64,000 bases of DNA from Marinicella sp. (GCA_965230295.1 OZ246001.1:672001-736000), one strand, 5' to 3'. Positions 1 through 11,339 are shown, counted from the first letter of the stretch. Notes: generated by a model from the letters alone, not told the origin. A program made the numbers and translations.

Positions 1-870
1 ACGACTGGAAGTAAAACTGACCACTTCATACGCTGATTCGTCAGCCAACAAAGCCCTGGCCAATTCATTGTTCAATGCATGCCCGGATTTATATCCGTGG
101 TAGGCACCTATGATGGGATGACCCAACTGATAGATGTCGCCAATGGCGTCCAGCAGTTTATGTCTGACAAATTCCGCTTCATAACGCAATCCATCGTTAT
201 TCAGGACCCGATAATCATCCAATACGATGGCATTGTCCATACTGCCACCTAAGCCCAGGTTGTTATTACGCAACATTTCAATGTCACGCATAAACCCGAA
301 TGTTCTGGCTCTGGAAATTTCTTTGATAAATGACTGACTGTTCAAGTCAATATCGGCATGATTGCAATGGTCCTCAAATGCCGGATGATCAAACTCAATA
401 TCAAATGAAAACATACTGCCTGAATAAGGCTTGAGCGAAGCATGCTTATCAGCCACTTCGATCTTGACTTCTTTTTTGATTTTAATGAATTTTCGTGCGG
501 CTTTTTGCTCTTCTACACCAGCTGACTGGATTAAAAACACAAAAGGTCCTGCGGAACCATCCATCACCGGCACTTCTGAAGCACTCAAATCAACATAACA
601 ATTGTCAATATTCATACCGGCAAAAGCTGCCATCAAGTGTTCAACAGTTCCAACTTTGATGCCATTTTTTACCAGTGTGGTGGACATGCTGGTCTCACCA
701 ACATGGGTCGCCATGGCTTTGATTGAAACCGGACGTTTGTAGTCGACACGGCGAAACACAATCCCGGTATCAACTGGTGCTGGTCTTAAAGTGATGAATA
801 CTTTTTGTCCCGAATGTATCCCTACACCCGTTGCTCTGACGGTATTTTTTAAGGTTTTTTGTGTAATCAT
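1..870 (-). CDS. lpxC: UDP-3-O-acyl-N-acetylglucosamine deacetylase (3' end runs off window)
   Basis: Manual translation from ATG at 870: [21 protein letters not shown]...TVEHLMAA...HKLLDAIGD...KSGHALN; follows ftsZ. Confidence 0.96.
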   Translation of the reverse strand, partial: MITQKTLKNTVRATGVGIHSGQKVFITLRPAPVDTGIVFRRVDYKRPVSIKAMATHVGETSMSTTLVKNGIKVGTVEHLMAAFAGMNIDNCYVDLSASEVPVMDGSAGPFVFLIQSAGVEEQKAARKFIKIKKEVKIEVADKHASLKPYSGSMFSFDIEFDHPAFEDHCNHADIDLNSQSFIKEISRARTFGFMRDIEMLRNNNLGLGGSMDNAIVLDDYRVLNNDGLRYEAEFVRHKLLDAIGDIYQLGHPIIGAYHGYKSGHALNNELARALLADESAYEVVSFTSSR

Positions 871-1016
871 AGGCGAATATTACTGATTGTTATAATCAAT
901 TTTTGTGAATTGTATCACACTGATGACATCAATCAACGGCTTTTGTGGTATTTTTACAACGACTGTGACTTTTATGCCACAAAATCCAGCGTACACCAAT
1001 CCAGTCCGATGTGAAC

Positions 1017-1053
1017 TTAAAAGGTGCCGGCCACAGGAGGTGGTGTGGCCGGC
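1017..1053 (-). terminator. Intrinsic terminator-like hairpin after ftsZ
   Basis: Minus strand GCCGGCCACA-CCACCTCC-TGTGGCCGGC-ACCTTTT; perfect 10-bp stem, short U tract. Confidence 0.6.
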
Positions 1054-1139
1054 TAAGTTGACGTTTTATGCTGACGACCTAAACGGGGTGATTCGGCCGA
1101 CTTATCGTTATTATTCTTAACCTGATCAATTCACACACA

Positions 1140-2318
1140 TCAATCCAGTTGATTCCTTAAAAATGTTGGAATGTCTAAATAATCATCGTTCTCAACATCG
1201 GCTTTACCATCTCGCAGTTGATCAATCACTGCTTGACCACTGCCGCTGGTAGCTGCCGGGGCCACTTCCTGGTCATCTCGAGTGGCTCTGATGGGTTGCT
1301 CAACGCGATTGTTGGTGGCATTGCGCACAATTTCAACCGACTTGAATTGCTTTTGTTTAACGGTCTTGTTCAAACCAGTGGCCACCACAGTCACTCTGAT
1401 TTCATCCTTCATATCCATATCAATCGATGTACCCACAACCACTGTGGCTTCATCAGAAGCATACTCTTTGATCAAATCACCAATTTCTTCATATTCACCA
1501 ATGGTCATATCCATGCCAGCTGTGATGTTAACCAAAACACCGTTGGCACCATGCATATCAATGTCTTCCAACAGGGGTGAATTCATGGCCAATTCGGTGG
1601 CCGCAGCGGCTCGGTCATCGCCTTTTCCAGCGCCTGAGCCCATCATGGCCATACCCATTTCTGACATCACTGTTTTGACATCAGCGAAATCAACATTGAC
1701 CAAACCCGGGCAAGTGATCAACTCAGCGATGCCTTGAACAGCACCTTGCAACACGTCATTGGCTGCTTTGAATGCATTCAGCAAAGTCACATCACGGCCA
1801 AAGTGAGTTAATAACTTGGCATTAGGAATGGTGATTAACGAATCCACATGCTGCTCAAGGTCCTGGATACCTTTGTTGGCCACATCCATTCTTCTCTTGC
1901 CTTCAAAAGGAAATGGCTTGGTCACCACTGCCACCGTTAAAATGCCCATTTCTTTGGCAATTTGAGCAATCACTGGTGCCGCTCCGGTCCCAGTACCACC
2001 ACCCATACCTGCTGTGATGAATACCATATCGGTGTTGGCCAAACACTCTTTCAAGTTTTCTGTATCCTCCAAAGCGGCTTGTCTTCCCACTTCCGGGTTG
2101 GCGCCTGCGCCCAAGCCTTTGGTGACATTTTGGCCAATTCTGACCACATTTTTACAATGGGTCTTTTCCAAGGCCTGCATATCAGTATTGGCGCAGATGA
2201 ATTCCACACCATCGATGTCAGCCTCAACCATCTGTTGTACGGTGTTACCACCGCCGCCGCCAACGCCAATCACTTTGATGACTGCGCCGTTGTCTTCTGT
2301 TTCCATTAATTCAAACAT
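1140..2318 (-). CDS. ftsZ: Cell division protein FtsZ
   Basis: GVGGGGGN, GGGTGTG tubulin signature, C-terminal LDIPTFLR. Confidence 0.99.
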   Translation of the reverse strand: MFELMETEDNGAVIKVIGVGGGGGNTVQQMVEADIDGVEFICANTDMQALEKTHCKNVVRIGQNVTKGLGAGANPEVGRQAALEDTENLKECLANTDMVFITAGMGGGTGTGAAPVIAQIAKEMGILTVAVVTKPFPFEGKRRMDVANKGIQDLEQHVDSLITIPNAKLLTHFGRDVTLLNAFKAANDVLQGAVQGIAELITCPGLVNVDFADVKTVMSEMGMAMMGSGAGKGDDRAAAATELAMNSPLLEDIDMHGANGVLVNITAGMDMTIGEYEEIGDLIKEYASDEATVVVGTSIDMDMKDEIRVTVVATGLNKTVKQKQFKSVEIVRNATNNRVEQPIRATRDDQEVAPAATSGSGQAVIDQLRDGKADVENDDYLDIPTFLRNQLD

Positions 2319-2383
2319 GTTATATACCTCCGATCATTATTTTTAATCTCATTGATGATTATTCGATTGCTCATTGCAGTCCC

Positions 2384-3607
2384 TCAGTAATCACCTAAAA
2401 ACCACTTTTTAAATTGATGTAACCAACCTTCTGATTCCATCACAGTGTCGGTAACGAAGTCTGTGTTACCGCCATATTGCAACAATCCAACACCCGTGGC
2501 ATGTACTGGATTATTAACAACCTCTTTCAATCCAGCCACATCGACTGGTAAGCCCAAACGTACGGGCACATGAAATATTTCTTCTGCCAACTCGACAGCA
2601 CCTTCCATTCTGGAGGCCCCACCGGTCAGTACAATGCCAGCTGCTATCAAATCTATGTAGCCACTGCGTTGTAAATCAGCTTGCACCAAGCTGAATAATT
2701 CTTCATATCTGGGTTCCACCACTTCAGCCAGCGTTTGTCGAGCCAATCGCCTGGGTTGACGATCACCGACACTGGGCACTGAAATGGTTTCTTCTGCTGA
2801 TGCCAATTGACGTAAAGCGCAAGCATATTTCAACTTGATATCCTCAGCATGTTGGGTCGGCGTACGCATCGATACAGCAATGTCATTGGTCACCTGATCA
2901 CCAGCAATGGGGATGGCCGATACATGCCTGATGGCGCCATTGGTGAATACGGCTATGTCAGTGGTCCCTGCTCCGATGTCGACCATACAAACGCCCAATT
3001 CTTTTTCATCTTCAGTCAACACCGCAGTAGATGAGGCCAACTGTTCGACAATCATTTGATCCACCGACAAACCACAACGGGCCACACACTTGGTGATGTT
3101 CTGCGCTGCGCTTTCCGAACCAGTGATTAAATGTACACGTGCTTCTAATCGCACACCTGACATCCCGATGGGATGCCTGATGCCATCTTGGCCATCAATG
3201 ACATATTCTTGTGGCAACACATGCAGCACTTTCTGATCATTGGGAATGGGGACTGCTTTGGCAGCATCCAATACCTTTTCAACGTCAGTTTTACTGACTT
3301 CTTTATCTTTAATGGCCACAATGCCATCTGAATTGATGCTGCGGATGTGGCTACCTGCTATGCCCACATAAACTGACTGAATTTCACAACCCGCCATTAA
3401 CTCTGCCTCTTCGATGGCTCTTTTGATTGATTGCACGGTTGATTCGATATCAACAACCACACCCCGTTTCAACCCACGGGAGGGCGATGAACCGATACCA
3501 ACCACTTCAATTGAACCATCAGGGTGGTGTTCACCAACAATGGCAACCACTTTGGAAGTACCAATGTCTAAACCAACCTGTAATTTTGTTTCATGCTTCT
3601 TTGCCAT
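2384..3607 (-). CDS. ftsA: Cell division protein FtsA
   Basis: GLDIGTSKV, DIGAGTTD, C-terminal amphipathic helix; dcw position. Confidence 0.98.
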   Translation of the reverse strand: MAKKHETKLQVGLDIGTSKVVAIVGEHHPDGSIEVVGIGSSPSRGLKRGVVVDIESTVQSIKRAIEEAELMAGCEIQSVYVGIAGSHIRSINSDGIVAIKDKEVSKTDVEKVLDAAKAVPIPNDQKVLHVLPQEYVIDGQDGIRHPIGMSGVRLEARVHLITGSESAAQNITKCVARCGLSVDQMIVEQLASSTAVLTEDEKELGVCMVDIGAGTTDIAVFTNGAIRHVSAIPIAGDQVTNDIAVSMRTPTQHAEDIKLKYACALRQLASAEETISVPSVGDRQPRRLARQTLAEVVEPRYEELFSLVQADLQRSGYIDLIAAGIVLTGGASRMEGAVELAEEIFHVPVRLGLPVDVAGLKEVVNNPVHATGVGLLQYGGNTDFVTDTVMESEGWLHQFKKWFLGDY

Positions 3608-3609
3608 TT

Positions 3610-4350
3610 TTATCCCATGTCTCGCAAACCAAAGTTAAACTTCTTCATCGTCATTTCATTGCCTTCACGCCACTTGACCACATAGCCATTGCTGTAACGC
3701 AAATCCACCCTTTCAGGCAAACGATCGGAAGCAGCCAATAACTGTTCCCATGTTTCTGCCAATCGCAACACCCTGGCTTCATGTTTCTCAGATCCCAGCA
3801 AAACTTCTAATCCATTTCTGAGGATCAGTTGCCAATCGCCTCGTTCATTGACCCTGGCTTCATTGATTTCATAACCCACCGGTTTCAACAGTTGGTTAAA
3901 GCGCTTGAAATGTTGCAGCGTGATTTCAGAGTTTTCACTGATACCATATATTCTGGGTAATGCCTTGAGGTGATCAACAGCATCCACTTTGAACACTTCA
4001 CCCGATTGATTCAACAAATCGTTACCATTCCAAATGGCGATGGCCTGATGTTCCTTTATAGTAATTTTCAGGGTGTTCGGCCATTGCTTCACAACATGTG
4101 CATAGCGAACCCAAGACATCGATTCAATGTTGTCTTTAACCTGTTCTGCATCCAGTCTAAAAAAAGAACGCTCTGGTGTTTTAGCGACCATCAGCCGCAA
4201 CTGCTCTGGTGTGATTCTTTCATATTCTGCGGCCACTTCTAATTGAGTGATGCGCCAGCGATCGGATTGAATCAAACCACTCATCATTGCCACAACCAGT
4301 AACAACACCAACAAAGAAAAAATAATGGTCAGTTGCAATGTCTTACTCAT
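3610..4350 (-). CDS. ftsQ: Cell division protein FtsQ
   Basis: N-terminal TM, POTRA (WV..V.KQWPNTL.I.I.E), VDLRYSNG; start moved to ATG 4350 overlapping ddl. Confidence 0.93.
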   Translation of the reverse strand: MSKTLQLTIIFSLLVLLLVVAMMSGLIQSDRWRITQLEVAAEYERITPEQLRLMVAKTPERSFFRLDAEQVKDNIESMSWVRYAHVVKQWPNTLKITIKEHQAIAIWNGNDLLNQSGEVFKVDAVDHLKALPRIYGISENSEITLQHFKRFNQLLKPVGYEINEARVNERGDWQLILRNGLEVLLGSEKHEARVLRLAETWEQLLAASDRLPERVDLRYSNGYVVKWREGNEMTMKKFNFGLRDMG

Positions 4351-5251
4351 CACCACCTCCCTGCTCTGCTGTTGACAAGATGGTTGCCACCAATTGTTTG
4401 AAATCCCAGCCATAGACAGCAGCGGCTTTAGGCAAGAGGCTGTTGTTGGTCATCCCAGGTGTGGTGTTGACTTCCAAGAACCAACGCCTGCCTTGTTCGT
4501 CAATGATGAAATCAACTCGACACCAACCTCTGATTTTCAATGCTTGGTAAGCGGTTTTGGCATCTTCCTGTAAAGCCAATTGCCACTTTTCAGCAAAGTT
4601 TGCCGGGCAGTGGTATTGGGTTTCTGAACTTTGGTACTTGGCCTGGTAATCGTACAACTCCGAGGCCGGCACGATGCTGACAACAGGTAACACCACATTT
4701 CCCACCACGCCAACAGTGCATTCAATGCCCTCAATGTAATCTTCCACCAATAAGCTCTCAGCCACTTCAAAAGCACTGGCAACAGCTTGTCTAAGTTCTG
4801 CTTCGTTGTTGGCCTTATATAACCCCACACTTGATCCTTCTGTGGCAGGTTTAACAATCCAAGGCCCAGTTCCCTGGACATCCAATTCATCCGGGGAATT
4901 TAACAATTGACTTTTTGGTGTCAACAAACCTGCTTGTGCAACCAGTGTTTTCGCCAAGTCTTTGTGCCAGCTGACGCAGGCTCCACTGAAATCGCCACAT
5001 GTTGACCGGTATCCTTCCAAATTCAACCAAGCAGCCAGTTGGCCATCTTCACCATCGGCACCATGTAAAATATTGAAGACCACATCAATGTCATTTTTAT
5101 CAATCCGCTTCAAGGCTTCCAAGTCATTGACCTTCAACACTTGATGCCCCAATGCAATCAATGCTTGCTCAACAGCGGCGCCAGACTGTAAAGAAACCGA
5201 ACTTTCTGCTGTTGAACCGCCCATCAATAAAGCCACCGATAATTCAGCCAT
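4343..5251 (-). CDS. ddl: D-alanine--D-alanine ligase
   Basis: LHG..GEDG, VKP..EGSSVG, YDYQAKY, LEVNTTPGM; start at ATG 5251. Confidence 0.95.
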   Translation of the reverse strand: MAELSVALLMGGSTAESSVSLQSGAAVEQALIALGHQVLKVNDLEALKRIDKNDIDVVFNILHGADGEDGQLAAWLNLEGYRSTCGDFSGACVSWHKDLAKTLVAQAGLLTPKSQLLNSPDELDVQGTGPWIVKPATEGSSVGLYKANNEAELRQAVASAFEVAESLLVEDYIEGIECTVGVVGNVVLPVVSIVPASELYDYQAKYQSSETQYHCPANFAEKWQLALQEDAKTAYQALKIRGWCRVDFIIDEQGRRWFLEVNTTPGMTNNSLLPKAAAVYGWDFKQLVATILSTAEQGGGDE

Positions 5252-6677
5252 GAGTGCCTCCTGTTGATTGCCCGGCAACCATGCTTTGAATCAAGGCGCC
5301 AATGTTGCCTGCACCCACCATCAAGACCACATCATCCGCTTCAACCACATGATTCAAGGCATTGGGTACGGTGTTGATGTCATGAACAAACACAGGATCC
5401 AATTTACCCCTGTTGCGAATACTGCGGCACAAGTCATTACCAGTGGCACCAGAAATGACCGCTTCACCCGCTGGATACACTTCACTGAGCATCAGCAAAT
5501 CCACGCCATTGAGCACATCACTGAAGTCATCAAACAAATCACGGGTTCTGCTGAACCTGTGCGGTTGAAATACCAGAACCAAACGATTACCCGGCCAACC
5601 ATCACGACATGCCTTAATCGCAGCAGCCAGTTCAGTTGGGTGGTGAGCATAATCATCAATCAATGTCACTTGGACATCATTGATCTGTTGTTCAGGGTAT
5701 ATATTGAATCGTCTGCCCACTCCATTGAATTCAGCCAAAGCTTTTTTCATGGCAGCCAAATCAACGTCCAACTCGATACCAATCGCTATGGCAGCCAAGG
5801 CGTTTTGCACGTTGTGCTCACCCGGTAGGTTAAGTATCACCTGTTGTAAAACCGGTTGATCATTGATCATCACATCAAATGTTATGTGTTGCTTCACTTG
5901 CTTTAAGTTGATCGCTTGCACCTGTGCACGATCGGTCAACCCATATGTGATTTGGTGCCTGGAAATGTTGTTAGACAACTGATACACATGATCATCATCT
6001 ACACATAAAACAGTCACGCCATAAAAAGGTACTCGGTGCAAGAAGGTTTCAAATGATTGTTTCAACTGATCCAAGTCATTATCGAAAGTGGCCATGTGGT
6101 CCTCATCAATGTTGGTAACCACTGCCATCACAGGTTGTAACAATTGGAACGAACCATCTGACTCATCGGCTTCAGCCACCAAATATTCGCTGGTGCCTAA
6201 ACCTGCATTGGTTCCTGCAGAAGTCAACAAACCACCTATCACAAAAGTTGGATCCATCCCGGCTTCTGTTAAAATACTGGCCACTAAACTGGTCGTGGTG
6301 GTTTTACCATGGGTTCCTGCCACCGCAATGCCCACTTTAAATCGCATCAATTCAGCCAGCATTTCTGCCCGGGTTAGCACTGGAATTTGTGCTGCTCTGG
6401 CTGCTTTCAGTTCCTGGTTTTCTGCTTTGATTGCTGATGAATACACCACCACATCAGCCAATTCAACATGAGCTGCATCATGGCCAATCTTCACACCTAT
6501 ACCCATCTGGATCAAACGGTCAGTGACTTTTCCAGCATTCAAATCAGAGCCACTGACTTTAAAATCCAGGTTGTGCAAAACCTCAGCAATGCCTGACATG
6601 CCTGAACCACCAATACCAATCAAATGGATACTTCTCATGCGGCTGGCAAATTTATGTTCCGGGTTCAGGTAGCTCAT
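5244..6677 (-). CDS. murC: UDP-N-acetylmuramate--L-alanine ligase
   Basis: GIGGSGMSG, AGTHGKTTT, EADESD, DDYAHHP. Confidence 0.98.
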   Translation of the reverse strand: MSYLNPEHKFASRMRSIHLIGIGGSGMSGIAEVLHNLDFKVSGSDLNAGKVTDRLIQMGIGVKIGHDAAHVELADVVVYSSAIKAENQELKAARAAQIPVLTRAEMLAELMRFKVGIAVAGTHGKTTTTSLVASILTEAGMDPTFVIGGLLTSAGTNAGLGTSEYLVAEADESDGSFQLLQPVMAVVTNIDEDHMATFDNDLDQLKQSFETFLHRVPFYGVTVLCVDDDHVYQLSNNISRHQITYGLTDRAQVQAINLKQVKQHITFDVMINDQPVLQQVILNLPGEHNVQNALAAIAIGIELDVDLAAMKKALAEFNGVGRRFNIYPEQQINDVQVTLIDDYAHHPTELAAAIKACRDGWPGNRLVLVFQPHRFSRTRDLFDDFSDVLNGVDLLMLSEVYPAGEAVISGATGNDLCRSIRNRGKLDPVFVHDINTVPNALNHVVEADDVVLMVGAGNIGALIQSMVAGQSTGGTHG

Positions 6678-7723
6678 GCTTCCAACACCTCCTCACAAAT
6701 GTCAGCAATGGTTGCTGAAACATGGGGCTTTTTGATTGCAATCAATGCATTTTGCATGGCTGTTCGGTTGTCTGGCTCTAACAAGTATTTGAATTGTTTG
6801 ATGAACTCAGATTGATCTGAAGATTCCTGCCAAATCAATGCGGCATCTTTATTAACCAAACTCTGCGCATTGTGCGTTTGGTGATCATCCACTGCATGTG
6901 GGTAGGGCACAAATATGGTTGGAATGCCTACCAATGAAATTTCCGCAATGGTCAAAGCCCCTGCCCGGCATATACACAAGTCTGCCCATTGATACGCCGC
7001 TGCCATGTTTTGAATAAATTCCTTTAAATCAACTTCCATAGATAAATCACCATAGGCAGCTTTGGTGGCACTTAATTTTCCTTTGCCACACTGATGCTTG
7101 ATTTTTATTTCTCCTTGTTCAATCCAACTTGAAAGACAATTTGGAATCAATGCGTTCAAACTTTGCGCACCCAATGAACCACCCAACACCAGTACATTGA
7201 TGGGGGCGCTGCGATTGAATTGCTTTTCAATCTTTTCAATGCTGTCGCGAACAGGGTTCCCCACCCATTGTGAATTGAATTGTCCGTTCAAATCGAAACC
7301 TGTCAGCACCGCATTGGCTTTTTTAGCCAAATTCCTATTGGTCATACCAAACACACTGTTTTGTTCGTGCACAATCAGCTTGGTTGAACATAACCTGGAT
7401 GCGAAACCCCCAGGTGCTGCGACATAACCACCCATGCTGATGGCAGCGTCGATGGCGTTACTTTTGAAAAATCGGCGCGCTTGCCAGATGCCTTTCAACA
7501 ACCTGAACGGCATCGTCATTAAGCCCAAAATTCCACGCCCGCGTAATGGCTTGATCGACAATAAAGTTAATTGGATGCCATGCTGCTTAACAATGCGTTC
7601 TTCCATGCCACCAACGGCACCCAACCAAAAAATTCGATGCCCTTTCTTTTGTAATGATTTGGCCACCGCAATACCGGGGAAAATGTGTCCGCCGGTACCT
7701 CCGGCCATGATGGCAAAGTTCAT
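6674..7723 (-). CDS. murG: Lipid II GlcNAc transferase MurG
   Basis: AGGTGGHIFP, HEQN, GGSLGA, RAGALT, DDHQ; start at ATG 7723 (ATGA overlap with ftsW). Confidence 0.97.
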   Translation of the reverse strand: MNFAIMAGGTGGHIFPGIAVAKSLQKKGHRIFWLGAVGGMEERIVKQHGIQLTLLSIKPLRGRGILGLMTMPFRLLKGIWQARRFFKSNAIDAAISMGGYVAAPGGFASRLCSTKLIVHEQNSVFGMTNRNLAKKANAVLTGFDLNGQFNSQWVGNPVRDSIEKIEKQFNRSAPINVLVLGGSLGAQSLNALIPNCLSSWIEQGEIKIKHQCGKGKLSATKAAYGDLSMEVDLKEFIQNMAAAYQWADLCICRAGALTIAEISLVGIPTIFVPYPHAVDDHQTHNAQSLVNKDAALIWQESSDQSEFIKQFKYLLEPDNRTAMQNALIAIKKPHVSATIADICEEVLEA

Positions 7724-8895
7724 GCGGCCACCTCCCCTTTCACTGCCCTGAAATGCATTTTTCGATTTTCGTAAGAAATCCTGAAAACCACACTCATGGC
7801 TATGATATTCATCATGATGGCACTGCCACCAGAAGAGATGAACGGCAAGGTCAATCCTTTGGTCGGCAACATGCCCAAATTCACACCCATGCTTAAAAAT
7901 GCTTGCAAAGCCATCCAAACAGCAATGCCAGTGCACATAAAGCCAGCAAAATCATTGCCTTGATCAAACGCCGTTCTGGCCACCTTAAATATCCTAAAGA
8001 TCAGCAACACAAACAGACCAATTAAAAACAACACGCCAAGAAAACCCAACTCCTCTGCGTAAACAGCAAAAATGAAATCGGTGTGTGCTTCAGGTAAATA
8101 AAACAATTTTTGGATACTTGAACCAATGCCCACACCGGTGATTTCACCACGGCCTACAGCAATCAATGCCTGCACCAACTGGAACCCTGCATTGAATGGA
8201 TCTTGCCAAGGATCAACGAAATTAACCAACCGTTTCACCCGGTAAGGCTCAGCCCAAGCTATCACCATCATGGCAGACCCAGCCAATAAACTGATGACTG
8301 ACAAATCACGGTATCGAGCTCCGGCTATGTAGATCATGATCAAAGTGATGATCAACAACAGCACGGCTGAACCAAAATCAGGCTGTACCAACAACAGCCC
8401 GGCAATCACCACCACCATCACCAACGGCTTCAGCACACCAAGCATCGAGTGCTGGATGCTCTTTTTGTGTTTAACCACATAAGTGGCCAAGGACATGATC
8501 AAAGCCAACTTAATGGCTTCAACCACCTGAAACCTTGAAATGCCTAAATTGATCCACCTTCTGGCACCATTGACTTCCACACCAATTCCAGGGATCAACA
8601 CCAGGACCAATGCCAACACGCCCAAGATCAAAGCCGGGCGACTCAAGCGATTCATCCAGTCTGATGAAATGTTCATAACCAGAACGCCAATCACAGTACC
8701 CAGACCAATGAACAACACGTGCCTGTTGAAATAATAAAATGGATCATTGACTGAATTTTCCGCCACTGCAATGGATGCCGATGCCACCATGACTGCACCA
8801 ATGGTCAGCAAAGCCAAAAATGCCAGACCCAACCAAGCATCTACGCCTACCACGTACCAACTTGCTTTGAGTTTTTTGTTATTTGCTGCTGTCAT
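7720..8895 (-). CDS. ftsW: SEDS peptidoglycan polymerase FtsW
   Basis: Polytopic; NGARRW, QPDFG, YLPEAHTDF, LPFISSGGS. Confidence 0.97.
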   Translation of the reverse strand: MTAANNKKLKASWYVVGVDAWLGLAFLALLTIGAVMVASASIAVAENSVNDPFYYFNRHVLFIGLGTVIGVLVMNISSDWMNRLSRPALILGVLALVLVLIPGIGVEVNGARRWINLGISRFQVVEAIKLALIMSLATYVVKHKKSIQHSMLGVLKPLVMVVVIAGLLLVQPDFGSAVLLLIITLIMIYIAGARYRDLSVISLLAGSAMMVIAWAEPYRVKRLVNFVDPWQDPFNAGFQLVQALIAVGRGEITGVGIGSSIQKLFYLPEAHTDFIFAVYAEELGFLGVLFLIGLFVLLIFRIFKVARTAFDQGNDFAGFMCTGIAVWMALQAFLSMGVNLGMLPTKGLTLPFISSGGSAIMMNIIAMSVVFRISYENRKMHFRAVKGEVAA

Positions 8896-8898
8896 GCT

Positions 8899-9981
8899 TT
8901 ATCTGATCTTCAATGTAGCCAAACCAATCAATACCAAAATGATCGAAATGATCCAAAAACGCACGATCACTTTGGGCTCTGCCCAACCTTTCAGTTCGAA
9001 ATGATGATGAATCGGCGCCATTCTAAAAATACGTTTGCCAGTCAGCTTATAGGAAGTCACTTGCAAGATAACCGACACGGTCTCCATCACAAAAATTCCA
9101 CCCATGATGAAAAACACAAATTCCTGTCTGGTCACAAAGGCCACCAATCCCAATGCGGCACCTAAAGCCAAGGCACCCACATCGCCCATGAATACTTGTG
9201 CCGGATAAGTGTTGAACCACAAAAAGCCCAATCCTGAACCAGCAATCGCAGCACAAAAGATAGTCATCTCACCGGTTCCTGGAATGAATGGCAGTAACAA
9301 GTAATCTGAAATAACAGCATTGCCTGATACATAAGCAAACACACCCAACGCAGACCCAACCAACACGGTTGGCATGATTGCCAACCCATCTAAACCATCG
9401 GTTAAATTAACCGCATTACTGGAACCCACAATGACAAAGTATCCCAGGGGAATGGCCAACAAACCCAAAGACCAGTTGTAGTCACTGATCATTGGCAGAA
9501 CCAATTGCTCTCTGATGCTGCTGTGTCCATATTCATACAAATACAAAACAGCCAAAATACCGACTAAAGATTGCATGCTGTATTTCCACTTGGCGGAAAG
9601 TCCAGCTGAGCTTTTTAAATGAATTTTTTTGTAATCATCTACCCATCCAATCAAACCAAAGCCAAACAACACGAACAATGACAACCAAATGTATTGATTG
9701 GTCAAATCACCCCACAATAAAGTGGTCATGATGATGATCGCCAGTATCATGGCACCACCCATGGTGGGTGTGCCTTGTTTACTTAAGTGAGACTCAGGGC
9801 CTAGACTTCTGACTTGCTGTCCAATTTGTTTGATTTGCAAAGTTCTGATAAACCAAGGACCCAAAAACAAAGACAACAACAAAGCCGATAAAGCTGCCAT
9901 GATGGCCCTGAAGGTCAAATAATTAAACAAGTTCAAACCTGAAAACTGTTCACTGAACTGTTGTGCCAACCAATAAATCAT
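8899..9981 (-). CDS. mraY: Phospho-N-acetylmuramoyl-pentapeptide transferase
   Basis: [32 protein letters not shown]. Confidence 0.99.
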   Translation of the reverse strand: MIYWLAQQFSEQFSGLNLFNYLTFRAIMAALSALLLSLFLGPWFIRTLQIKQIGQQVRSLGPESHLSKQGTPTMGGAMILAIIIMTTLLWGDLTNQYIWLSLFVLFGFGLIGWVDDYKKIHLKSSAGLSAKWKYSMQSLVGILAVLYLYEYGHSSIREQLVLPMISDYNWSLGLLAIPLGYFVIVGSSNAVNLTDGLDGLAIMPTVLVGSALGVFAYVSGNAVISDYLLLPFIPGTGEMTIFCAAIAGSGLGFLWFNTYPAQVFMGDVGALALGAALGLVAFVTRQEFVFFIMGGIFVMETVSVILQVTSYKLTGKRIFRMAPIHHHFELKGWAEPKVIVRFWIISIILVLIGLATLKIR

Positions 9982-11339
9982 GCGACTTTCCCCTTAATGA
10001 GTACATCGACCACACGTTCCAAACGCATGCTTCTGGATCCTTTCACCAAGACCGTTCCCTGGTCTGGCTGGTGTTGTTTTAAATGGGTCATCAAATCTTC
10101 AACCGCATTGAAGGACAAACATTCAAACCCTGCTGCTGTTGTGTCGCCAGTAGATTCAATTTGGCACACGGTATCGGCATATTCTCCCACTGCCAAAATT
10201 CGGTCTATCCCTTGTTGTTGTGCATATTGGCCCACTGCCTGGTGCATTTGGGTGGCAAATTCACCCAATTCAGCCATGTCACCCAAAATCAATGTGGTTG
10301 GTTTTGATTGTTCTTTCAATACATCAATCGCAGCATTCACCGAGGCAGGATTGGCGTTGTAGCTGTCATCAATCACTTGAACCTGGTTGTCATCTTTGAC
10401 ACATTGCAGGCGGCCCGCTTCAGGAATGAATCCCCGCAAACCGGTTGAAATTTCAGCAAAACTGACATGTAGAGACAGTGCAATCGCAACCACAGCAGTC
10501 GCATTGATGTAATTGTGCCGCCCAATGACAGGTAAATCCAGGTCAAATGTTTCACCTCGCCTTGTAATGACCTGATAAGACTGGTCTTTTTCAATCAATC
10601 GAAAGTCCGCACCCTCAACTGTGCCAAATTTAACCAATTTGCCTTTAACTTTTTGCCCAAACTCAGCTGCATAAGGGGAATCGGCATTGATCACCGCCAA
10701 GCCATCACGGCTCAATGCCTCATAAATTTCTGCTTTACCAATCGCGATGTTGGCCTCACTGCCAAATCGTCCCACATGGGCGTTACTGACATTGGTGATC
10801 AAAGCCACATCTGGCTTAATGATGCTGGTTAAGTGTGCAATGTCACCGATTTGTGCAGCCCCCATTTCTATGACGGCCACCTGGTCAGTTTTACTGATTG
10901 ATAACAACGACAAAGGCACACCAATTTCATTGTTGTAATTGCCGCTGGTGGCATAACAATCGTATTTTTGGGTCAACACAGAAAACAACATGTTTTTCAC
11001 AGTGGTCTTACCGTTTGAACCGGTGATACCAACGACTTTTACACCGGTCTGTTTAACCCAAGCCGCTGACAAAGCCTGCAAGGCCACCAAAGTGTCTTTG
11101 ACGATCAACTGAGGCACATCAACTTCAACCGCATTGGCCACCAATACGGCTGCTGCGCCTTGCTGAACGGCCGCTTGACAAAAGGCTTCGCCATCAAAGA
11201 ACTCACCTTTCAAAGCCACAAATAATTTGCCACTGCAATCTGTTCGCGAATCTGTTGTGACACCTTGGATCCGGGCTTCTTTGCCGACCAAGCTACCCCC
11301 AACCACAGCTGCAATTTGATGTAAATTCATCTGAATCAT
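9978..11339 (-). CDS. murF: UDP-MurNAc-tripeptide--D-Ala-D-Ala ligase
   Basis: [29 protein letters not shown]. Confidence 0.97.
   Translation of the reverse strand: MIQMNLHQIAAVVGGSLVGKEARIQGVTTDSRTDCSGKLFVALKGEFFDGEAFCQAAVQQGAAAVLVANAVEVDVPQLIVKDTLVALQALSAAWVKQTGVKVVGITGSNGKTTVKNMLFSVLTQKYDCYATSGNYNNEIGVPLSLLSISKTDQVAVIEMGAAQIGDIAHLTSIIKPDVALITNVSNAHVGRFGSEANIAIGKAEIYEALSRDGLAVINADSPYAAEFGQKVKGKLVKFGTVEGADFRLIEKDQSYQVITRRGETFDLDLPVIGRHNYINATAVVAIALSLHVSFAEISTGLRGFIPEAGRLQCVKDDNQVQVIDDSYNANPASVNAAIDVLKEQSKPTTLILGDMAELGEFATQMHQAVGQYAQQQGIDRILAVGEYADTVCQIESTGDTTAAGFECLSFNAVEDLMTHLKQHQPDQGTVLVKGSRSMRLERVVDVLIKGKVA

Noticed and set aside
905-1120. 71-aa + strand ORF in the ftsZ-lpxC spacer
   Set aside because: GTG start with no clear SD, no recognisable motif, and it overlies terminator/RNA structure.
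5268-5828. 186-aa + strand ORF
   Set aside because: Antisense shadow of murC.
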